A stretch of 53,472 nt of DNA, taken from Macrostomum lignano. Taxonomy: Eukaryota. How positions within the stretch are numbered: position 1 is the first letter of the stretch; the number at the start of each line of letters is the position of its first letter. Both the position numbers and the translations under genes were made by a program. The stretch spans positions 1 through 53,472 of the forward strand of contig NIVC01000828.1 in the NCBI GenBank assembly GCA_002269645.1, read 5' to 3'. The notes beneath the pieces are model-generated. The model had not been told where the DNA came from and searched no databases. It saw only the letters and a program-made list of their open reading frames with translations. Below, one piece after another: positions 24,501 to 33,760 of this stretch.

Positions 24501-27500
24501 GGGCTCTTGTGAGCAAATCCTTACGGCCGACGGGGGCATGAGATACAAGGACGAGCCGAAACTGGAAGCGTGCGCCAGCTCGCTCGAGTTCTCCTTCGAG
24601 CATGGCTCGGCTCGAGCTGCGTCCATCGTCAAAGAGGCTTCTGTACAAGTCAATCAGCCAGTCGGAGCCATGGGAGCGTTCGACGAAGTGCTCACAGCCG
24701 ACGGCGGCATGAGATACAAGGACGAGCCGAAACTGGAAGCATGCGCCAGCTCGCTTGAGCTCGAGTACGAAGCCGCTGGCATACAAGTAAAGCAGGCCGT
24801 TTCTGAAATGGGCTCTTGTGAGCAAATCCTTACGGCCGACGGGGGCATGAGATACAAGGACGAGCCGAAACTGGAAGCGTGCGCCAGCTCGCTCGAGTTC
24901 TCCTTCGAGCATGGCTCGGCTCGAGCAGCGTCCGTCGTCAAAGAGGCTTCTGTACAAGTCAATCAGCCAGTCGGAGCCATGGGAGCGTTCGACGAAGTGC
25001 TCACAGCCGACGGCGGCATGAGATACAAGGAGGAGCCAAAACTGGAAGCATGCGCCAGCTCGCTTGAGCTCGAGTACGAAGCCGCTGGCATACAAGTAAA
25101 GCAGGCCGTTTCTGAAATGGGCTCTTGTGAGCAAATCCTTACGGCCGACGGGGGCATGAGATACAAGGACGAGCCGAAACTGGAAGCGTGCGCCAGCTCG
25201 CTCGAGTTCTCCTTCGAGCATGGCTCGGCTCGAGCTGCGTCCATCGTCAAAGAGGCTTCTGTACAAGTCAATCAGCCAGTCGGAGCCATGGGAGCGTTCG
25301 ACGAAGTGCTCACAGCCGACGGCGGCATGAGATACAAGGACGAGCCGAAACTGGAAGCATGCGCCAGCTCGCTTGAGCTCGAGTACGAAGCCGCTGGCAT
25401 ACAAGTAAAGCAGGCCGTTTCTGAAATGGGCTCTTGTGAGCAAACCCTTACGGCCGACGGGGCATGAGATACAAGGACGAGCCGAAACTGGAAGCGTGCG
25501 CCAGCTCGCTCGAGTTCTCCTTCGAGCATGGCTCGGCTCGAGCAGCGTCCGTCGTCAAAGAGGCTTCTGTACAAGTCAATCAGCCAGTCGGAGCCATGGG
25601 AGCGTTCGACGAAGTGCTCACAGCCGACGGCGGCATGAGATACAAGGACGAGCCGAAACTGGAAGCATGCGCCAGCTCGCTTGAGCTCGAGTACGAAGCC
25701 GCTGGCATACAAGTAAAGCAGGCCGTTTCTGAAATGGGCTCTTGTGAGCAAATCCTTACGGCCGACGGGGGCATGAGATACAAGGACGAGCCGAAACTGG
25801 AAGCGTGCGCCAGCTCGCTCGAGTTCTCCTTCGAGCATTGCTCGGCTCGAGCAGCGTCCGTCGTCAAAGAGGCTTCTGTACAAGTCAATCAGCCAGTCGG
25901 AGCCATGGGAGCGTTCGACGAAGTGCTCACAGCCGACGGCGGCATGAGATACAAGGACGAGCCGAAACTGGAAGCATGCGCCAGCTCGCTTGAGCTCGAG
26001 TACGAAGCCGCTGGCATACAAGTAAAGCAGGCCGTTTCTGAAATGGGCTCTTGTGAGCAAATCCTTACGGCCGACGGGGGCATGAGATACAAGGACGAGC
26101 CGAAACTGGAAGCGTGCGCCAGCTCGCTCGAGTTCTCCTTCGAGCATGGCTCGGCTCGAGCAGCGTCCGTCGTCAAAGAGGCTTCTGTACAAGTCAATCA
26201 GCCAGTCGGAGCCATGGGAGCGTTCGACGAAGTGCTCACAGCCGACGGCGGCATGAGATACAAGGACGAGCCGAAACTGGAAGCATGCGCCAGCTCGCTT
26301 GAGCTCGAGTACGAAGCCGCTGGCATACAAGTAAAGCAGGCCGTTTCTGAAATGGGCTCTTGTGAGCAAACCCTTACGGCCGACGGGGACATGAGATACA
26401 AGGACGAGCCGAAACTGGAAGCGTGCGCCAGCTCGCTCGAGTTCTCCTTCGAGCATGGCTCGGCTCGAGCAGCGTCCGTCGTCAAAGAGGCTTCTGTACA
26501 AGTCAATCAGCCAGTCGGAGCCATGGGAGCGTTCGACGAAGTGCTCACAGCCGACGGCGGCATGAGATACAAGGACGAGCCGAAACTGGAAGCATGCGCC
26601 AGCTCGCTTGAGCTCGAGTACGAAGCCGCTGGCATACAAGTAAAGCAGGCCGTTTCTGAAATGGGCTCTTGTGAGCAAATCCTTACGGCCGACGGGGGCA
26701 TGAGATACAAGGACGAGCCGAAACTGGAAGCGTGCGCCAGCTCGCTCGAGTTCTCCTTCGAGCATGGCTCGGCTCGAGCAGCGTCCGTCGTCAAAGAGGC
26801 TTCTGTACAAGTCAATCAGCCAGTCGGAGCCATGGGAGCGTTCGACGAAGTGCTCACAGCCGACGGCGGCATGAGATACAAGGACGAGCCGAAACTGGAA
26901 GCATGCGCCAGCTCGCTTGAGCTCGAGTACGAAGCCGCTGGCATACAAGTAAAGCAGGCCGTTTCTGAAATGGGCTCTTGTGAGCAAATCCTTACGGCCG
27001 ACGGGGGCATGAGATACAAGGACGAGCCGAAACTGGAAGCGTGCGCCAGCTCGCTCGAGTTCTCCTTCGAGCATGGCTCGGCTCGAGCAGCGTCCGTCGT
27101 CAAAGAGGCTTCTGTACAAGTCAATCAGCCAGTCGGAGCCATGGGAGCGTTCGACGAAGTGCTCACAGCCGACGGCGGCATGAGATACAAGGACGAGCCG
27201 AAACTGGAAGCATGCGCCAGCTCGCTTGAGCTCGAGTACGAAGCCGCTGGCATACAAGTAAAGCAGGCCGTTTCTGAAATGGGCTCTTGTGAGCAAACCC
27301 TTACGGCCGACGGGGACATGAGATACAAGGACGAGCCGAAACTGGAAGCGTGCGCCAGCTCGCTCGAGTTCTCCTTCGAGCATGGCTCGGCTCGAGCAGC
27401 GTCCGTCGTCAAAGAGGCTTCTGTACAAGTCAATCAGCCAGTCGGAGCCATGGGAGCGTTCGACGAAGTGCTCACAGCCGACGGCGGCATGAGATACAAG

Positions 27501-29453
27501 GACGAGCCGAAACTGGAAGCATGCGCCAGCTCGCTTGAGCTCGAGTACGAAGCCGCTGGCATACAAGTAAAGCAGGCCGTTTCTGAAATGGGCTCTTGTG
27601 AGCAAATCCTTACGGCCGACGGGGGCATGAGATACAAGGACGAGCCGAAACTGGAAGCGTGCGCCAGCTCGCTCGAGTTCTCCTTCGAGCATGGCTCGGC
27701 TCGAGCAGCGTCCGTCGTCAAAGAGGCTTCTGTACAAGTCAATCAGCCAGTCGGAGCCATGGGAGCGTTCGACGAAGTGCTCACAGCCGACGGCGGCATG
27801 AGATACAAGGACGAGCCGAAACTGGAAGCGTGCGCCAGCTCGCTCGAGTTCTCCTTCGAGCATGGCTCGGCTCGAGCAGCGTCCGTCGTCAAAGAGGCTT
27901 CTGTACAAGTCAATCAGCCAGTCGGAGCCATGGGAGCGTTCGACGAAGTGCTCACAGCCGACGGCGGCATGAGATACAAGGACGAGCCGAAACTGGAAGC
28001 GTGCGCCAGCTCGCTCGAGTTCTCCTTCGAGCATAGCTCGGCTCGAGCAGAAGTTAAAGCTAAGAATTCTTCGGTGTGTGTCGATATGTCGAAGAAAGTG
28101 GTTTTGATTGGAAATGGAATTAAGGCTTGTTACATACCAAAAGTTGTGTCATTTGAAGGTTCGCTTTGTTTTGAATCGGTTGAAGTCTCGTGTGTTTTTG
28201 GAAGGAAATACGTGGAATCTTTTGTTAAGGCTCTTCCTGAGCTGCGTGCCACGGGTTGTCACAAAGAATCCTTTACCTCCGACGCTGGTATTCGCTGTTG
28301 TAATAGCAACAAATTTGGATTTTGCGAAGCGGCTTTAGTGGTCCCTGTTCGGGATAGTTATGTTTCTGTCCGAGCTATCACTGATGAAGCCATTGTTAAG
28401 GCTAACTATAGAGTGCTCTCAAAGAACAGCGGATCGTTATGGTTGTTCGAAACCGGAAGTGCTAGCGTAAGAAAGCAGGATCAGGTTTTGATAAGATCTT
28501 CTGGAAGCCACTGGGAGAGTTTTGCCGCTAAGGAAATTTGCAGCACCCATGCCTGCATCGAGGAGTCCAAGGAGTTTCGCGCCGCCATACTGAAATTCGA
28601 CGCCTCAATTGTCCCAAATGAGTCGGCTTCGTTCGTTTCGAGTAGCGGCTGTTGCTACGAGGTGCAGTTAAACAGTATTTTAGTGTCAGTTAAGCCGGAG
28701 ACTGTGTCAGCGCCGCACGCCCGTCTAGAAGCCAGCGTAACAAGACGCGAACGAACCGCATTGGAATCGACCGACTCCGTCAGCAGTGCTCGGACCCAGC
28801 TGGGTGTAACAAGGCGCGAAGGAACTGCATTGGAATCGACCGACTCCGTCAGCAGTGCCCGGGCCCAGCTGGGTGTAACAAGGCGCGAAGGAACTGCATT
28901 GGAATCGACCGACTCCGTCAGCAGTGCCCGGGCACAGCTGGGTGTAACAAGGCGCGAAGGAACTGCATTGGAATTGACCGACTCCGTCAGCAGTGCCCGG
29001 GCCCAGCTGGGTGTAACAAGGCGCGAAGGAACTGCATTGGAATTGACCGACTCCGTCAGCAGTGCCCGGGCCCGGCTGGGTGTAACAAGGCGCGAAGGAA
29101 CTGCATTGGAATCGACCGACTCCGTCAGCAGTGCCCGGGCCCAGCTGGGTGTAACAAGGCGCGAAGGAACTGCATTGGAATCGACCGACTCCGTCAGCAG
29201 TGCCCGGGCACAGCTGGGTGTAACAAGGCGCGAAGGAACTGCATTGGAATTGACCGACTCCGTCAGCAGTGCCCGGGCCCAGCTGGGTGTAACAAGACGC
29301 GAAAGAACCGCATTGGGATCGACTGACTCCGGCAGCAGTGCCCGGGCCCAGCTGGGTGTGCCAATTACGGCCAGGTTGACCTGGAGCCGGACTCCGCGTG
29401 GTTCACAGCTGGATTTGCGCAGCGACGATGGTGTTTTCGAAGGATTTGACTAA
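12554..29453 (+). CDS. Paralog 1: plakin-domain (spectrin-like repeats + SH3) protein with a giant repetitive terminal exon, about 3900 aa; start codon not located
   Basis: Phase-consistent GT-AG exons: 12554-12966, 13765-13989, 14747-14893, 15394-15548, 16556-16664, 16741-16885, 17833-18016, 19072-19186, 19258-29453 (stop TAA; one 1-nt G-run deletion near 25460). QTWEWVTRLAELTQLHLKNSADYHSFYHDANEL and VLDNTKPLTWKVRKTDGTVMEVPSICIWLPPPD match the plakin SR4 and SH3 motifs of desmoplakin/plectin. AATAAA at 29958. Confidence 0.85.
13027..13668. repeat. 47-bp intronic minisatellite, about 14 copies
   Basis: Unit TTGAGCAGCTTTGAGTACATCTCTTCTTTCACTTTGCCCTTGGGGAT. Confidence 0.95.
14101..14661. repeat. 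15-bp intronic minisatellite (GGGGCTTTAGCACCA)n, about 37 copies
   Basis: Directly visible; same family as 40354-41760. Confidence 0.95.
14910..15178. repeat. 20-bp intronic minisatellite (GTCGGAGAGTGTTTAGTAGT)n, about 13 copies
   Basis: Directly visible; begins just after the donor at 14894. Confidence 0.93.
15600..16095. repeat. 42-bp intronic minisatellite, about 12 copies
   Basis: Unit GATGAGATGCTCTGTTGTGGGATTGTTCCTAAGATTCTGTAG. Confidence 0.95.
16127..16367. repeat. Direct duplication of about 115-125 bp (2 copies) in an intron
   Basis: CGTAACTCTGGATA...TCTGGGTGGATTAGTCTAGACTAGGAATTCAGAAGG...ATGTTTCCTA occurs twice in tandem. Confidence 0.85.
17011..17660. repeat. Intronic minisatellite: 19-bp unit (GCCATTTCTGATGGTGAAT) grading into a 30-bp variant (+ATCAGATCTGA)
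   Basis: Directly visible. Confidence 0.93.
18178..19021. repeat. 10-bp intronic minisatellite (TCTCAGTAGT)n, about 80 copies
   Basis: Directly visible. Confidence 0.95.
20410..28048 (+). repeat. Coding tandem array: 24 x 309-bp (103-aa) dimers of a 46-aa A unit and a 57-aa B unit, then 1 full and 1 partial extra B
   Basis: A = LTADGGMRYKDEPKLEACASSLELEYEAAGIQVKQAVSEMGSCEQI; B = LTADGGMRYKDEPKLEACASSLEFSFEHGSARAASVVKEASVQVNQPVGAMGAFDEV. The 309-bp period is confirmed by the ORF-track spacing. Confidence 0.97.
28735..29360 (+). repeat. Coding tandem array: 9 x 69 bp (23 aa, GVTRREGTALESTDSVSSARAQL)
   Basis: In frame at the C-terminus of paralog 1. Confidence 0.95.
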
Positions 29454-29642
29454 TTCGATATGATCAATCATTTGCGAACATTGTATTATATTTTTGTAGC
29501 TTTATTCACCACTTGGATCGAATATCTGGTAACCCGATAATCTTAAACGCTTATCTGTCTGCACTAATATTTCTTTCCTGCTGTTGTGCTGCTAAAGATG
29601 AAACAGTTAGGTTGAAATTGATTCTTGTAAGCTTTTTCAAGT

Positions 29643-29920
29643 GGCAAGCCCTGACAAGTGACAAGTCCTGACAACTGAAAAGCCCTGACAAGTGACAAGC
29701 CCTGACAAATGAAAAGCCCTGACAAGTGACAAGCCCTGACAAGTGACAAGCCCTGACAAGTGACAAGTCCTGACAACTGAAAAGCCCTGACAAGTGACAA
29801 GCCCTGACAACTGAAAAGCCCTGACAAGTGACAAGCCCTGACAAGTGACAAGCCCTGACAAGTGACAAGCCCTGACAAATGACAAGCCTTGACAAATGAC
29901 AAGCCCTCACAAGTGACAAG
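29643..29920. repeat. 17-bp minisatellite (AAGCCCTGACAAGTGAC)n in the probable 3' UTR
   Basis: Directly visible between the stop at 29453 and AATAAA at 29958. Confidence 0.9.
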
Positions 29921-30409
29921 CTTTTACCAAAAAGTTAAATGACAAAATCGTTGATTGAATAAAGCATTCCCGAAATTGATAAAAACTGTAGAATCTATGA
30001 AACAGGGCCTGCGACAATATCAGTAGCCAACGAAGAAGTAAACAGAATTGTATTTTTAGCAGCTGCACTGTTTTTATTTTGAATATTGACTAGATAAAAA
30101 TGATTAAGTCTAACATTCACCTTAGTGTGCCCTGATATTTTTCACCCATCTACTTATAACAAAAGCTTATTAGTGCTTTTTCTAATAACATATTTCTCTC
30201 TTCAGCTTTTTCGTATTTAGTTACTTGATAGCAAATTTATCAAAGTTATGCCTTTGGCGCCAGAATCTAGAATGCCAGCTTAACCTGTGTGACTTTATTT
30301 TTAATAAATATAAAGCCCCTATTGAGCCCATTAAACGACGTGAAGTTCTTAACTTGAAAATTTTTGGAATTTTACTCTTTTTAACTCATATCCCTTTGCT
30401 CCCTTAGCA

Positions 30410-30606
30410 TTGAATCTGCCTCTTTGATCCTTGAATGTGCCTTCAGTATCCTTGAATCTGCTTCCAGTATCCTTGAATCTGCCTTCAGTATCCTTGAATC
30501 TGCCTCCAGTATCCTTGAATCTGCTTCCAGTATCCTTGAATCTGCCTTCAGTATCCTTGAATCTGCCTCCAGTATCCTTGAATCTGCCTCCAGTATCCTT
30601 GAATCC
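30410..30606. repeat. 21-bp minisatellite (CCTTGAATCTGCCTCCAGTAT)n, about 9 copies
   Basis: Directly visible; abuts the mariner relic. Confidence 0.92.
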
Positions 30607-31180
30607 AGAACAAATGCTTCTGCTGGGAGACCTCGCATAACCCGTTCCAACTCGTTACTGACTGAGTTGTCAGCAAGCTGGATGACCGATAACTCTTGTT
30701 TTGCTTTACGAAAGAGCCAGAAGTATCCGGGAGCCAAATCTGGCAAGTACAGCGGATGAGGAAGTACATGGATCAAGTATCTCTCCAGAAAATTCCTCAC
30801 GCTTTCTGTTGAACGGACCTAATCATCGACGGACATTATCCCAATGGAAAACCGTTGCTGCTTGGCCAGGTCAAGATCTTCGTGGACAATCAAGTGGACA
30901 GGTCTGACAGAGAGGCTGAATTCGGCTGCCAATTCCTCCATTTTTACACGACGGCTCGACTCCACTGCTGTCTGAACAGGAGTGATTGTCTGACCGAGCG
31001 TTTGGTCTTCTTCGGGTTGAACTTCCGCTGGCCTTTGGTGCCAACTCCCTCTTTCACCTGTCAAATTAGGTGGCAGTTGCTCGTCTGAGTGGGCTTTGGA
31101 CAGGGCCTCCTTGATTTCCTTCATTGCATAACCTGCTTTGGCCATGTCACACACAAATGCATCAGCTCTATTCATGGTCA
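30607..31180 (-). mobile_element. Internally deleted mariner (Tc1/mariner, DD34D-type) transposase relic
   Basis: N-terminal HTH-like piece (MKEIKEALSKAH...VQTAVESSRRVKMEELAAEFSLSVRPVHLIVHEDLDLAK) and C-terminal piece (VLPHPLYLPDLAPGYFWLFRKAKQEL, compare HPPYSPDLAPxDFWLF) lie in different frames. Most of the catalytic domain is missing and no TIRs were seen. Confidence 0.8.
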
Positions 31181-31511
31181 AGCTGAACTGAGTTTGGCAA
31201 ATCAAGTCAAATTGTGTTAAGCTGAGGAGCTAAGGAGGTCGAAGGAGGTCATTGAATCGAGTTGTGATGAATCCTTGATAAAACTTGTCTATGGTGAAGA
31301 ATGTGGGCTCCCATACCCCCAATATTTTCTATTCTAAAGCCTTCATGTCTATGGAAGATTTTCAGTTTTGTACTTTGTAGGTAGGTCTAGAATACTGAAA
31401 AAATTGGCAATCACTAGGACCACTGCGAAAAAGCAAATGCTGCAGACTTTGATCTCTTTTAAATATAGTCTTTACACTTTTATAAAAATGCTAAAAATTA
31501 AGATTCTACCA

Positions 31512-31794
31512 GGCTGGGGTTGTAGTCTAGTGGTTGGAGCGTTGGACTCACGACTGGAAGGTCGAGGGTTCGATTCCTGACCCACTCAGAACAATTTGTG
31601 TCCTTGACATTGAGCAAAACACTCAACTCTGCATTGCTTCAGTTCACCCAGCTGTAAAATGGGTGCCAGCATTAGCTGGGGTAATTGAGGGTGCGTGTGC
31701 CGACCCCCCAGTCTTTGGACTGAACAGCCGTACGCAGCCTTCAGATGCGCCGCGCAATAGCTGCGGCTGATCAAATTGTATTATATTATAAAAA
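31512..31794 (+). mobile_element. tRNA-derived SINE with a CORE-like central domain
   Basis: A box TAGTCTAGTGG (31523) and B box GGTTCGATTCC (31567). The anticodon stem does not pair. Body TGTGTCCTTG...GAGCAAAACACT...CAGTTCACCCAGCTGTAAAATGGGT, then an AT-rich (TTATA) tail. Confidence 0.8.
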
Positions 31795-32582
31795 TCCTAA
31801 AAATACGCTGGTACCACAATGAAAAAAATGTTCTAACCGGAGCAATCCCGGCATTAAAGCCATGAAATTTCGGGATCCCGACTGATACCAAATCCCTAAA
31901 AATTTCATTCCCTAAATAATCTCAAGATTGGAATGCCTAGGTATGGCACCCTTTGACTTCAATTTTTCCAATGTTTCCCTTGTCTGGTTAACTGTTTACG
32001 GCTGGCTTTAAACCTCGCATCTTTTATTTGCTGCAGTGGCTGCAAACCAGAGTAAATACTGTCTGTCTACAGGAGCTAAAGTGAAGTGTAGAATTGCACT
32101 CATCAACCTGCAAGCTTTAGGAGCTTTTGCTTGGATTTAAACCATGCAGCCAAATACCTTTGGCCGAGTGGGCAGTGCTCACTCTTACCGTTGGTTTTTG
32201 CCAAAATGCTCAAAGTTTTTTCTTCTGCAATTTTCTTTGCCTTTCTACGCCCGTCTTGCAGCAGCTCTGCTGCCCCGCTGCAACCCATAGGAGGGCGATT
32301 GTTGCTTCTTCTTCGTTTCGCCGGCCCTTCGATGCGAATTGAACAATAGCGTTTGCTTATTTTGAAACTTTTATTCTCTCTCTATCTGTCTCTCTGTCTG
32401 TCTCCATCTCACCTGATCCAGCAAGTTGCCCGCGGCATTTTGCTGAGAGCACGTTTCGCCGTGAAGTTTGTGCACCTCTATTGATGTAGACAGCTCTGGG
32501 CTTCAATAGCGTATTTACTCATAGGCAGACTCCGTGGACCAGTGAATACAATAGAGATTTAGCATTTTCTGGTTCGTTTAAC

Positions 32583-32620
<38 letters not shown>

Positions 32621-32924
32621 GAAGTGTGTAGTTGAGCTCAGAGTCTCAGGCGGACAGACAGAATAAAATTGAGAAGCTGGTTCAGAGTCTGTCAAGCATA
32701 AAAGCAGCCTTACCAAGCCCCGAATACAAGGCAAGGCATTAACTTCAATACTAAAAACCCTGCTAACAGTTTCAAACCCTGCAAGCATTCAATTGCAAAA
32801 CAGTTTCAAAAAGGTTCAATTTCTATTAATTTTTTGTGAGGTAAGTTTTCAAGTTATTCCTTACTGAAACGATTTGAAGTTTTGAATTCAGATTATTTAC
32901 ATGCTACACATTGTATATTTAATT

Positions 32925-33600
32925 AGCGCATTATCACATCCTCAGAATGAACCCAGCGCATTGTCACATCCCCAGAATGAACTCCCCAGCGCATTGTCAC
33001 ATCGCCAGAATGGATACCCCAGAGCATTGTCACATCGCCAGAATGAATCCCCCAGAGCATTGTAACATCGCCAGAATGGATCCCCCAGAGCATTGTCACA
33101 TCGCCAGAATGGATCCCCCAGAGCATTGTCACATCCCCAGAATAAACGCCCAGGGAATCGTCACATCCCCAGAATAAACGCCCAGGGAATCGTCACATCC
33201 CCAGAATAAACGCCCAGGGCATTGTCACATCCCCAGAATGGATCCCCCAGAGCATTGTCACATCCCCAGAATAAACGCCCAGAGCATTGTCACATCCCCA
33301 GAATGAACCCCCCAGAGCATTGTCACATCCCCAGAATAAACGCCCAGAGCATTGTCACATCCCCAGAATAAACGCCCAGGGAATCGTCACATCCCCAGAA
33401 TGAACCCCCAGGGCATTGTCACATCCCCAGAATGAACGCCCAGGGAATCGTCACATCCCCAGAATAAACCCCATGGGCATTGTCACATCCCCAGAATGAA
33501 CCCCCAGGGCATTGTCACACTCCAGAATGAACCACAGTGCATGTCGAGCTCCAGAATGAACCACAGTGCATGTCGAGCTCCAGAATGAACCCCCCAGCGC
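32925..33600. repeat. 32-33-bp minisatellite (CATTGTCACATCCCCAGAATGAACCCCCAGAG-like), about 20 copies
   Basis: Directly visible; lies in the probable 5' UTR intron of paralog 2 (donor GTAAGT at 32841, acceptor at 33747). Confidence 0.92.
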
Positions 33601-33760
33601 ATTCCACGCCACAGAAAGAACACTTACCAAATAGTCCCCAGAAGGCAGCCAACAAAGATAGACACGCGTGTTTATCTACCAAAAGCTGTCAATCTTGTAT
33701 CTGAAACGTGAATCAAGAACGCCTCACCGCCTCCATCGCTTTTCCAGCCATTGTCAAACG

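Noticed and set aside
20404-28034. Very long antisense ORFs (1679 aa and 920 aa) over the paralog 1 array
   Set aside because: One stop-free 309-bp antisense frame is multiplied by the repeat. The ORFs start and end with the array, have no recognisable domain, and the sense frame is the one joined to the spliced exons.
4817-29453. Functional cluster of syntrophin with the plakin-like genes (both membrane-cytoskeleton proteins)
   Set aside because: They are on opposite strands and separated by an unrelated nucleoplasmin gene; there is no sequence evidence of co-regulation.
31512-31585. tRNA gene
   Set aside because: A and B boxes are present but the anticodon and acceptor stems do not pair, and a SINE body follows.
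32103-32349. Small ORFs between the SINE and paralog 2
   Set aside because: No recognisable domain or convincing splice context.
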